This document shows, one piece after another, positions 1-9,500 of a DNA stretch of 64,000 nucleotides; position 1 is the first letter of the stretch, and every line of letters begins with the position of its first letter. The translations under genes were made by a program, and so were the position numbers. Location: contig OZ245002.1 in the NCBI GenBank assembly GCA_965223415.1, positions 3,776,001 to 3,840,000 of the forward strand. Direction: 5' to 3'. The notes under the pieces are model-generated. The model was not told the DNA's origin and made no database searches. It saw only the letters and a program-made list of their open reading frames with translations. The stretch is from Myxococcota bacterium. Lineage in GTDB: Bacteria; Myxococcota_A; UBA9160; UBA6930.

Positions 1-525
1 CCCGCAGAACTGATGGAGCGCGCCGACTTCGTGGCGGCGGTGGACACGGCAGGGGTGCCGATGGGTGGCGCGCTGCGCGCGCGCCCGGGCGGCGCGGCGC
101 CCGGGTTCGTGGTCTGGGCGCTCATGGATCCGGAGGGCGCCCACCTCGACCGCATCCAGATCATCAAGGGCTGGGTGGATGAGGACGGTGTGAGCCACGA
201 GCGCATCTTCGACGTCGCCGCGTCGGGTGGGCGCGTGCCGGATCCCGCGAGCGGCCGGATGGCCGCGGTCGGCAGCACCGTCGACGTGGCCAACGCCACC
301 TGGACCAACACGATCGGCGCGCCGGAGCTGCGTGCCCACTGGCGCGATCCGGATTTCGACCCCGGCGCCGAGGCGTTCTACTACGCCCGCGTGCTTGAGA
401 TCCCGACGCCGCGCTGGTCCACCTACGACGCCGTGCGCCTGGGCGTCCCGGCGCCGGAGCCCACCAGCCTCCAGGAGCGCGCGATCACCTCCGCGATCTG
501 GTACGACCCCGTTCCCCGACCCTAG
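1..525 (+). CDS. DUF3604-family protein, C-terminal part (runs off the window start)
   Basis: Motifs [36 protein letters not shown] and [11 protein letters not shown]; similar C-terminus to the 36074-38308 protein. Confidence 0.8.
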   Translation, partial: PAELMERADFVAAVDTAGVPMGGALRARPGGAAPGFVVWALMDPEGAHLDRIQIIKGWVDEDGVSHERIFDVAASGGRVPDPASGRMAAVGSTVDVANATWTNTIGAPELRAHWRDPDFDPGAEAFYYARVLEIPTPRWSTYDAVRLGVPAPEPTSLQERAITSAIWYDPVPRP

Positions 526-535
526 GAAGGAATCC

Positions 536-1885
536 ATGTCCGTTTCGGACCACGTCAACCTCGAGGAGTTCCTGGCCGGCGTCGAGCGCCGCAACCCGGG
601 GCAGTCGGAGTTCCTGCAGGCGGTCCAAGAGGTGGCCCAGGACGTCTTCGACTTCATCGCCGACAAGGAGCAGTACCACGAGTACCAGATCCTGCGGCGT
701 ATCGCGGAGCCCGACCGAGTGGTGAGCTTCCGCGTCTGCTGGGAAGACGATCAAGGCAACATCCGCGTCCAGCGCGGCTGGCGCGTGCAGAACAACAACG
801 CGATCGGTCCCTACAAGGGAGGCCTGCGCTTCCACCCGAGCGTGAACGAGAGCATCCTCAAGTTCCTGGCCTTCGAACAGACCTTCAAGAACAGCCTCAC
901 CGGCCTTCCCATGGGCGGGGCCAAGGGCGGCTCGAACTTCAATCCTCGCGGCAAGAGCGACCACGAGATCATGCGCTTCTGCCAGTCCTTCATGACCGAG
1001 CTCTTCCACCACGTGGGCGACGACATCGACGTGCCCGCCGGCGACATCGGCGTGGGCGCCCGGGAGATCGGCTACCTCTTCGGCCAACACAAGCGGCTCA
1101 CGCGGCGCTTCACCGGCGTCCTCACCGGCAAGGGCCTCGAGTACGGCGGCAGCCTGATCCGCACCGAGGCGACCGGCTATGGCGCGGTCTACTTCATGCA
1201 GGACATGCTGGCGCGGGTGGGAGAGGACATCGAGGGACGTACCTGCGCCGTGTCGGGCTCGGGCAACGTGGCCCTTCACGCAGCGGAGAAGGCGCTCCAT
1301 CTGGGGGGCAAGGTCGTGACGCTTTCGGATTCCTCGGGCTTCGTCCACGATCCGGAAGGTCTCACGGAAGAGAAGCTCGCGTGGACGAAGGAGCTGAAGG
1401 GCGAGAGACGCGGGCGCATCTCCGAGTACGCCGAGGCGTTCGGCGCCACCTTCTACGAGGCTCAGCGCCCGTGGACCGTGCCGGTCGACCTGGCGCTCCC
1501 CTGCGCCACCCAGAACGAGCTCACCGGGTACGATGCTCGCACGCTCCTCTCGAATGGCTGCCGGGCGGTAGCCGAAGGCGCGAACATGCCCACCGATCTC
1601 GAGGGCGTGAACGTCTTCAAGGAGGCCGGGACCCTCTACGGCCCCGGCAAGGCGGCGAACGCCGGCGGGGTGGCGGTCTCCGGCCTCGAGATGAGCCAGA
1701 ACAGCGCCAAGATCTCCTGGAAGGAGGACGAGCTGCAGGAGCTCCTGCGCAACATCATGCAGGGCATCCACGACCAGTGCGTCGAGTACGGCGCGAACGG
1801 CGACCGCGTCGACTACGTCCGCGGCGCCAACATCGCCGGCTTCGTCAAGGTCGCCGACGCAATGCTCGCCTACGGGGTGGTCTGA
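536..1885 (+). CDS. gdhA: NADP-specific glutamate dehydrogenase
   Basis: GPYKGGLRFHP, LPMGGAKGG, DVPAGDIGVG, GSGNVA, GANIAGFVKVADAM; ATG at 536 after GGAAGGA. Confidence 0.95.
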   Translation: MSVSDHVNLEEFLAGVERRNPGQSEFLQAVQEVAQDVFDFIADKEQYHEYQILRRIAEPDRVVSFRVCWEDDQGNIRVQRGWRVQNNNAIGPYKGGLRFHPSVNESILKFLAFEQTFKNSLTGLPMGGAKGGSNFNPRGKSDHEIMRFCQSFMTELFHHVGDDIDVPAGDIGVGAREIGYLFGQHKRLTRRFTGVLTGKGLEYGGSLIRTEATGYGAVYFMQDMLARVGEDIEGRTCAVSGSGNVALHAAEKALHLGGKVVTLSDSSGFVHDPEGLTEEKLAWTKELKGERRGRISEYAEAFGATFYEAQRPWTVPVDLALPCATQNELTGYDARTLLSNGCRAVAEGANMPTDLEGVNVFKEAGTLYGPGKAANAGGVAVSGLEMSQNSAKISWKEDELQELLRNIMQGIHDQCVEYGANGDRVDYVRGANIAGFVKVADAMLAYGVV

Positions 1886-1960
1886 GACAAAGGGACGTTC
1901 CTTTCTGTCTCACAGCCACGGCGAACGAGTGAGACAACAAGGAACGTCCCCTTGTCTCAC
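1883..1960. repeat. REP-like inverted doublet, family A (core GGGGACGTTCCT)
   Basis: TGAGACAAAGGGACGTTCCTTTCTGTCTCA followed by an inverted copy GTGAGACAACAAGGAACGTCCCCTTGTCTCAC; nearly identical to 33414-33484. Confidence 0.85.
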
Positions 1961-1974
1961 GCTACGTTGTCTCG

Positions 1975-3780
1975 ATGAGGCGAATCCTTCGGGGCGTCGG
2001 GCTGGGGCTCGCTGTCCTGGTCGTGGCTGGCGGGCTGTTCTTGGCAAAGACGCTGTGGGGCAAGCCGTTCTCGATCGACCACTTCTTCCTGCGCGAGCTC
2101 GTGCTGCTCGCGCTCGATCACCCGATGCTGCTCTCCTATGCGCGGGTGCTCGAGCCCTACGACCTCGACTACTACTCCGACGAGCTCGAGGACCTGTCCC
2201 TCGAGGGTGATCTCCGGGAGCAGCGCCGGGCGCGGCGGGCGCTCGAGGGGCTGCGGGCGTTCAGCGGCGACGAGCTCGAGGCGACCCAGCGGCTCTCCCA
2301 CGACATCCTGGCCTGGTGGCTCGAGCATCGCGTCGAAGGCGAGCGCTTCGTGCGTCACGCCTACCCGGTGAACGCCTTCGACGGCTTCCAGAGCTTCCTG
2401 CCGGACTTCATGGTCAACGTGCACCAGGTGAACGACCGGGGCGATCTCGAGAGCTACCTGGCCCGGCTCGAAGCGATGCCGGGCGCCCTCGACCAGCTGA
2501 CGGAGCGGGTCGAGGAGGCCGCAGGGGAGGGCATCGTTCCGCCGCGCTTCGTCCTCACCCGCGTGCGCGAGGGGCTGATCGGGCTCCAGGGCGCTCCAGT
2601 GGAGAGCCCACTCGTCACCAAGCTGGCGACGCGCCTTCCCGAGCTCCGCGACGTGCCGGAGGCCGCGCCCTGGCTCGCGCGGGCCGAGGCGCTCCTGGCG
2701 GAAGGCATCCAGCCCGCCTACGCGCGGATGGACGCCGCCCTCGCCGCCCTGGAGGCCGGGGCCGATGACGCCGCCGGCGCGTGGCGGCTGCCGGACGGCG
2801 CGGCCTACTACCGCTGGGCCCTGCGCGGGCACACCTCGACGTCGCTCACCCCGGACGAGGTGCACCGCATCGGCCTCGAGGAGGTCGCGCGCATCCAGGA
2901 GCGGATGCGGATGGTCTTCCTGGAGCGCGGCACGCCCACCGCCGACCCGATCGCCGGCCTCCAGGCCCTGGCCCGCGAGCCCGCCCAGCGCTACGCCGAC
3001 TCCGACGAGGGCCGGCAGCAGATCCTCGCCGACTACCAGACGATCATCGACGAGGCGTGGGGTCGGCTGCCGACGTGGTTCCCGCGCCTTCCCGGAGCGA
3101 CCGTCGCCGTCGAACGGGTGCCCCTGTTCCGGGAGAACGGCTCCGCCGGCGCGTACTACAACCCGCCGCCGCTAGACGGCTCACGGCCGGGCATCTTCTA
3201 CAAGAACCTGGCCAACGTGGCCGAGAGCGCGCGCTTCGGCATGCGCACGCTGGCCTACCACGAGGCGGTGCCGGGTCATCACCTGCAGATCGCCCTCGCC
3301 ATGGAGAACGCCGAGCTGCCGCTCTTCCGGCGCTTTCTCACCTTCACCGCCTTCGTCGAGGGCTGGGCCCTCTACGCGGAGCGCCTGGCGGCGGAGGTCG
3401 GCCTCCTGCCCACGCCCGAGGACCTTCTCGGCCAGCTCCAGGCGGAGAACTTCCGCGCCGTCCGGCTCGTGGTGGACACGGGCCTCCACGCGAAGCGCTG
3501 GAGCCGGGAGAGGGCGATCGACTACATGGAGGAGAACACCGGCATGGCTCGCACCGACGTGGTGCGCGAGGTGGAGCGCTACGTGGTCGCACCGGGCCAG
3601 GCCTGCGCCTACAAGATCGGCCAGCTGCGGATCCTCGCGCTGCGGGATCGCGCCCGCCGCGCCCTCGGCGAGGCTTTCGATCTGAAGGCCTTCCACGACC
3701 TCGTGCTCGGAGGCGGCTCGCGACCGCTCGAGATCCTCGAGAAGGAGGTGGACGCCTGGGTCGCCGCCGGTGGGAGGTGA
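1975..3780 (+). CDS. DUF885-family protein (predicted metallopeptidase-like, N-terminal membrane anchor)
   Basis: HEAVPGHHLQ, AFVEGWALYAE, RAVRLVVDTGLH, PGQACAYKIG. Confidence 0.9.
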   Translation: MRRILRGVGLGLAVLVVAGGLFLAKTLWGKPFSIDHFFLRELVLLALDHPMLLSYARVLEPYDLDYYSDELEDLSLEGDLREQRRARRALEGLRAFSGDELEATQRLSHDILAWWLEHRVEGERFVRHAYPVNAFDGFQSFLPDFMVNVHQVNDRGDLESYLARLEAMPGALDQLTERVEEAAGEGIVPPRFVLTRVREGLIGLQGAPVESPLVTKLATRLPELRDVPEAAPWLARAEALLAEGIQPAYARMDAALAALEAGADDAAGAWRLPDGAAYYRWALRGHTSTSLTPDEVHRIGLEEVARIQERMRMVFLERGTPTADPIAGLQALAREPAQRYADSDEGRQQILADYQTIIDEAWGRLPTWFPRLPGATVAVERVPLFRENGSAGAYYNPPPLDGSRPGIFYKNLANVAESARFGMRTLAYHEAVPGHHLQIALAMENAELPLFRRFLTFTAFVEGWALYAERLAAEVGLLPTPEDLLGQLQAENFRAVRLVVDTGLHAKRWSRERAIDYMEENTGMARTDVVREVERYVVAPGQACAYKIGQLRILALRDRARRALGEAFDLKAFHDLVLGGGSRPLEILEKEVDAWVAAGGR

Positions 3781-3792
3781 TACGCTGCCCCC

Positions 3793-4824
3793 ATGCCCCA
3801 CTCTCCCCGAGTCCTCGAGACCCACGCCGAGTGGCGAGCCGGCGACGTCGCGGATCCCGGCCTCTGGACGGAGCACTTCACTCCGCCGGAGCTGGCCGAG
3901 CTCGATGCGGCCCTCCGCCACGTCACTGCGCGCACCCGCGACCCCCTCGAGATCGGCCGCGACGATTTCCCCCTGCCGAGCCTTGCCGTCCGGCTCGAGA
4001 AGATCGAGCAGGAGCTGATCGACGGCCGCGGCTTCGCCCTGCTCCGGGGGCTGCCCCGCGAGCGCTACTCCCAGGAGGAGATGGAGCTCCTCTACTGGGG
4101 CATCGGCATGCACCTGGGCCGGCCGTGGCCCCAGAACAAGCGCGGACACGTGCTCGGCGACGTGACCGACCAGGGCAAGCCCGCGACGGACCAGACGTCC
4201 CGGGGCAACGAGCTGGGCGGCGAGTTCGACTTCCCCTATCACTCGGACGGATCCGATCTGGTCGGCCTCCTGTGCCTGCAGAAGGCGAAGAGCGGTGGGG
4301 CCTCCACCGTGGCCAACGCCCTGGCGATCCACAACGATCTGGTGCGCGAGGCGCCGGAGCTCGCCGCCGCGCTCTACGAGGCGCAGCCCTACGACTTCCG
4401 CGGCGAGCAGCCGCCCGGCGGCAGAGGCTGGTACGAGATGCCGGTCTTCACGGACTGGGGCGGGCGACTCTTCGTCCGCTACATCCGCCCCTACATCCTG
4501 GCGTCCCAGCGCCACGCCGACGCGCCGCGCATCGAGCCGGAGGCCGAGCGCGCCATGCAGCGGGTCGACGCCATGACCCGCGACCCGTCCTACAACGTCT
4601 TCATGGACCTCGAGCCCGGCGACATGCAGTTCGTGAACAACTACCACGTGCTGCACGCGCGCAAGGCCTACGTGGACGATCGGGAGGCCGGCCTCGTCCG
4701 GCACCTGAAGCGCCTCTGGCTCGAGACGGAGGTGCTCGCCGAGCGCCCGCCGTACTTCCGGAGCAACCCCGCGTCCCACTGGGGCCGCGAGCGGACGGTG
4801 AGCCGGCTGGACCCGACGCGCTAG
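3793..4824 (+). CDS. TauD/TfdA-family Fe(II)/2-oxoglutarate dioxygenase
   Basis: HxD (YHSD), NNYHVLHAR, RHLKRLWL. Confidence 0.85.
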   Translation: MPHSPRVLETHAEWRAGDVADPGLWTEHFTPPELAELDAALRHVTARTRDPLEIGRDDFPLPSLAVRLEKIEQELIDGRGFALLRGLPRERYSQEEMELLYWGIGMHLGRPWPQNKRGHVLGDVTDQGKPATDQTSRGNELGGEFDFPYHSDGSDLVGLLCLQKAKSGGASTVANALAIHNDLVREAPELAAALYEAQPYDFRGEQPPGGRGWYEMPVFTDWGGRLFVRYIRPYILASQRHADAPRIEPEAERAMQRVDAMTRDPSYNVFMDLEPGDMQFVNNYHVLHARKAYVDDREAGLVRHLKRLWLETEVLAERPPYFRSNPASHWGRERTVSRLDPTR

Positions 4825-4840
4825 ACTCCGCGTCGCACCG

Positions 4841-4938
4841 AAGAAGGAGCCGACGAGCGGCATGCGTCTCTAGCCCCTGAGCAGGTCTTCGTCCCCATCT
4901 CGCGAGCGCCCCCGGCGCTCGCCCGCTCAGAGGCTCCC
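4841..4938 (+). promoter_or_regulatory. Putative uORF-based translational attenuator (uORF MRL*, 4862-4873) upstream of the ABC-F gene
   Basis: AAGGAG at 4844-4849, ATG CGT CTC TAG; GGAGCC/GAGCGG (4846-4860) complementary to CCGCTC/GGCTCC (4923-4937); internal hairpin 4902-4922. Confidence 0.55.
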
Positions 4939-6441
4939 ATGCCCTTCGTCCACCTGGACGGCGTATCCTACGCCTACGACGATCGCTCCGTCGTCTTCGA
5001 CGGGGCCAACGCACACCTCGGTCCCGGCTGGACCGGACTCGTCGCGCCGAACGGCGCCGGCAAGTCGACCCTGCTCTCGCTGATCATGGGCGAGCGGCGG
5101 CCCGATGCCGGCGGCGTGCGGACCCTGCCGGCGGGGGCCGGCGTTCATCTGTGCCGCCAATCCCCGGAACGCCTCGACGAGGGGATTCGCGACGTGGCCG
5201 GCAGCTGGGAGCGGCACGCCGTGCGCCTGCGCGCGCGCCTCGACCTGGAGCCGGAGCAGCTCGCCCGCTGGCCGAGTCTCTCGCCCGGCGAGCGGCGGCG
5301 CTGGCAGGTGGGCGCCGCCCTGGCCGCCGCTCCCGATGTGCTGCTGCTCGACGAGCCGACGGACCATCTCGACGGCGACGCGCGGGCCCTGCTGGTGCGC
5401 GCGCTGGCAGGATTCCGGGGCGTCGGGCTCGTGGTCTCCCACGACCGCGCGCTCCTGAACGAGCTGGCCCCCCGCACCCTGCGCATCCGCGCCGGCCGGC
5501 TCGAGATGATCGCCGCTCCCTACGACACGGCGAAGCAGGAATGGGATCGGCGGGAGGAGGAGACGCGGCGGACGCGGGAGGAAGCGAAGCGCAGCGTCGC
5601 GCGCGCGAAGGGCAAGCTCACCCGCAGCCGCGCCCAGCTCGGCCGGGCCGAATCGCGAGCCCGCACCGGCAAGCGCATGGGCGGTCGCAAGGACCACGAC
5701 GCCCGCAGCATGCTCGCGAAGAACCAGGCCCGCGCCGGGGTCGCCTCCCGCGGCCGGGCCGTTGCTGTCGACCGCCGCCGCCTGGAGCGCGCCGAGGCGA
5801 CCCTCGCGGACGCGGGCGTGGCGAAGGAGCGGGGCCGCTCGGTCTTCGTCGACTTCGAACCGGCTCCCCAGGCGGTGCTGTTCACGCCGCCGGGCCGGGA
5901 GCTCCGGGCAGGCGGGCGGCTCCTGCTGCGAGATCTCAGCGCTTCGGTGCGCCGCGGCGATCGCATCTGGCTCCGTGGCCCGAACGGCGCCGGCAAGTCC
6001 ACGCTGCTCCGGGCCCTGCGCGAAGGCGCCCACCTGGCCGACGATCGCATCCTGGCTCTCCCCCAGGAGCTCTCCCGTGAACAGGTGGAGGCGCTCCACG
6101 CCCGGCTCGTCGGTGCGCCGGAAGCTGTGCGGACCCGCACCGCGACCCTGCTCGCGGCGCTCGGCATGGACCCCGAGCAGGCCCTGCGCACGGCCGAGCT
6201 CTCCGCGGGCCAGGCGCGCAAGCTCGCGCTCGCCCTCGGGCTCGGCGGTCACGTCGCCGCCTGCCTGCTCGACGAGCCCACGAACCACCTCGACCTCGAT
6301 ACGACCCTGCGGCTGGAGGAGGCGCTGGAGGCCTACCCGGGCGCGCTGGTGCTCGTGACCCACGACGAGGCGCTCGCCCGACGTTGCACCACCACCGAGT
6401 GGGCCCTCGAGCCGGAGGAGAACCGATTGCGGGTGCACTGA
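4939..6441 (+). CDS. ABC-F family ATPase (two ABC domains, no TM domain)
   Basis: Two Walker A motifs (PNGAGKST), two Walker B motifs (LLDEPTDHLD, LLDEPTNHLD), basic helical linker. Confidence 0.85.
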   Translation: MPFVHLDGVSYAYDDRSVVFDGANAHLGPGWTGLVAPNGAGKSTLLSLIMGERRPDAGGVRTLPAGAGVHLCRQSPERLDEGIRDVAGSWERHAVRLRARLDLEPEQLARWPSLSPGERRRWQVGAALAAAPDVLLLDEPTDHLDGDARALLVRALAGFRGVGLVVSHDRALLNELAPRTLRIRAGRLEMIAAPYDTAKQEWDRREEETRRTREEAKRSVARAKGKLTRSRAQLGRAESRARTGKRMGGRKDHDARSMLAKNQARAGVASRGRAVAVDRRRLERAEATLADAGVAKERGRSVFVDFEPAPQAVLFTPPGRELRAGGRLLLRDLSASVRRGDRIWLRGPNGAGKSTLLRALREGAHLADDRILALPQELSREQVEALHARLVGAPEAVRTRTATLLAALGMDPEQALRTAELSAGQARKLALALGLGGHVAACLLDEPTNHLDLDTTLRLEEALEAYPGALVLVTHDEALARRCTTTEWALEPEENRLRVH

Positions 6442-6545
6442 GGCGGCACCGTGTCAGGTGCGAGGCAGTGCGCTGAAGCCGTTCCGTGTCAGCTGCGATG
6501 GCGGTCCCGCCTTGGGGTGCGCCCGCCGCGAGGTACCCTTCCCCG

Positions 6546-9500
6546 ATGGCCGCCCCCGCCTCACCGGTCCTGTCCGCCTTCGGTGAGCCGGCCCGCCGCT
6601 GGTTCGAGGCCAGCTTCGACGGGCCGACCGCGGTGCAGGAGGAAGGCTGGGCGCACATCCATGCGGGAGCCCACGCGCTCCTGATCGCGCCCACGGGTAG
6701 CGGCAAGACGCTGGCCGCGTTCTTCGCCTGCCTCGATCGCCTGGGGCAGGAGCCGGAAGGGCCGGATCGGCCTGCCGGCGTGCGTGTGCTCTACGTCTCC
6801 CCGTTGAAGGCGCTGGTCTACGACATCGAGCGCAACCTGCGGGCGCCGCGGGTGGGCATCCAGCAGATGGCGGAGCGCATCGGCCGGCCGCAGGCATTCC
6901 GTGCGCCGCGGGTGGCCGTGCGCACCGGCGATACCAGCCAGCGGGAGCGCCGGGCCCAGGCCCGCGATCCCGCCGACCTGCTGATCACGACGCCCGAGTC
7001 CCTCTACCTGATCCTGGGCTCGCGCCAGCGAGAGACCCTGTGCACCGTCGACACCATCATCATCGACGAGATCCACGCCCTTGCACCGACCAAGCGCGGG
7101 GCCCATCTGGCGCTCTCTCTCGAGCGGATCACGGCGCTCACCGGCGAGCGCGATCCCCAGCGCATCGGTCTCTCGGCGACGGCGCGCCCGGCGGAGGAGG
7201 TGGCCCGCTTCCTGGGCGGCGACCGGCCGGTGGAGATCGTCGACACGAGCCGCACGCCGCTCCTCGACCTCACCCTCTCGGTGCCCGTGCCGGACATGAC
7301 CCGGCCCGCGGATTTCAAGCCGCCGCACGCGAGCGAGCCGGACGTCCCGGACGGCGCCGACGAGAGCTCGGGCTCGACCCTCGGGCGTCTGCTCGCGCCG
7401 CCCGCGGACGACGCCGATACCAGCCTCTGGCCCGCCATCTACCCGGAGCTGCTGGAGGAGATCCGGGCCCACCGCAGCACGATCCTGTTCGTGAACAGTC
7501 GCGGTCTGTGCGAGCGGCTGGCCCAGCGCCTGAACGAGATGGCCGGCGAGGACCTCGTGCGCGCCCATCACGGCAGCATCGCCCACGAGCAGCGCAAGGA
7601 GATCGAGGAGAGCCTGAAGCGCGGCACGTTGCGGGCCATCGTCGCCACCAGCTCGCTGGAGCTGGGCATCGACATGGGCGCCGTCGACCTGGTCCTGATG
7701 GTGGAATCGCCCGGCGCCGTGGCCCGGGGCCTCCAGCGCGTTGGGCGCGCCGGTCACCAGGTGGGCGTGCCGAGCAAGGGGCGGGTCTTCCCCAAGCACC
7801 GCGGCGACCTGCTCGAGGCCACGGTGGTCGCAGCCGGCATGCGCCAGGGCGAGGTCGAACCCATCCGAGTGCCGCGCAACCCCCTCGACGTGCTCGCCCA
7901 GCAGATCGTGGCGATGGCGTCGAAAGACGTCTGGGAGGTCGAGGCCCTGGCCCGCGCTCTCGCGCGCACCGCCAGCTTCCGCGACCTCTCTCGGGACCTC
8001 CTCCATGCCGTCCTCGACATGCTCTCGGGCCGCTACCCCTCCACCGAGTTCGCCGAGCTGCGGCCGCGCATCCTCTGGGACCGGGAAGGCGATCGCATCG
8101 AGGCGCGGCGCGGCGCGGGCAAGATCGCCCTGCTGTCCGGCGGCACCATTCCCGATCGCGGGCTCTACGCCGTGCACCTCGGCGCCGACGGTCCCCGCAT
8201 CGGAGAGCTCGACGAGGAGATGGTCCACGAGTCCCGCGCCGGGGAGGTGGTGACCCTCGGCGCTTCGAGCTGGCGCATTACCGAGATCACCCGCGACCGG
8301 GTGGTCGTGCAGCCGGCGCCGGGGGAGGCGGGCCGGCTCCCCTTCTGGCGGGGCGAGGGGCCCGGGCGGCCGATCGAGCTGGGCCGCGCCCTCGGCCGCT
8401 TCGTGCGCGAGCTGGCGGAGCGCTGTCGCGAGGCGGGCAGCGGCGAGCTGCACGAGGGGCGGGCGGCGGGCGAGGCCTGGCTGAGCGAAGCCTTCGCCCT
8501 CGACGAGTACGCTGCCCGCAACCTGGTCGACTACGTCGTCGACCAGCACGAGAGCACCGGCGCCCTGCCCACCGATCGCGCGATCACCGTCGAGCGCTTC
8601 CGGGACGAGCTCGGCGACTGGCGGGTGTGTCTGCTGAGCCCCTTCGGCTCCCGCCTGCACGCGCCCTGGGCGCTGGCGATCGAGGCGCGCCTCGCCGCCG
8701 AGAAAGGCTACGAGGTGCAGACTCTGTGGAGCGACGACGGCATCGTACTGCGCTTCGCGGATGCGGAGGAGCTACCGCCGGTCTCGGCCTTCCTTCCGGA
8801 GCCCGAGGAGGTCCAGGACCTGATCGTCGGGCAGCTCGAGCGGTCGGCGCTGTTCGCCGGGCAGTTCCGCGAGAACGCCGCCCGCGCCCTGCTGCTGCCG
8901 CGCTGGCGGCCCGGTGGCCGCACCCCCCTCTGGACCCAGCGCCTGCGGGCCCAGAGCCTGCTGGCCGTCGCCCGCGAGTTTCCCTCCTTCCCGATCATGC
9001 TGGAGACCTATCGCGCCTGCCTGCAGGACGTCTTCGACCTGCCCGGGCTCGTCGACCTGCTGACGGCGATCCGCAGCCGGCGCGTGCGCGTGGACGACGT
9101 AGAGACGCGCCAGGCCTCGCCCTTCGCCCGCTCCCTCGTGTTCGCCTACACCGCCGTCTACCTCTACCAGGGCGATACGCCCGTTGCCGAGCGGCGCGCC
9201 CAGGCCCTCACCCTCGACCGCGACATGCTGCGCGATCTCCTCGGCCAGGAGGAGCTGCGCGAGCTGCTCGACGCGGCGGTGATCGAGGAGACCGAGGCGG
9301 ATCTCCAGGGCCTCTCGGCGGATCGCCGCGCGCGCCACGCCGACGCGCTGCACGATCTCCTGCGCCGGGTCGGCGATCTGGGCCCGGACGAGCTGGCGCT
9401 CCGCTGCGAGGGCGACGCGGGGGCCTGGCTCGGAGAGCTCGAAGTCTCGCGGCGGGCGGCCCGCCTGAAGGTGGGTGGCGAGGAGCGCTGGATCGCAGCC

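Noticed and set aside
485..1771. Long antisense ORF over gdhA, and many similar long overlapping ORFs (e.g. 7040-11647, 44088-48389, 57106-59658)
   Set aside because: Shadow ORFs expected in GC-rich DNA; Arg/Pro/Gly-rich or exact antisense of recognisable genes, with no motifs
1883..1960. Paired ~30-bp repeats as a mini CRISPR array
   Set aside because: The copies are inverted rather than direct, there are only two per locus, and no cas genes are present
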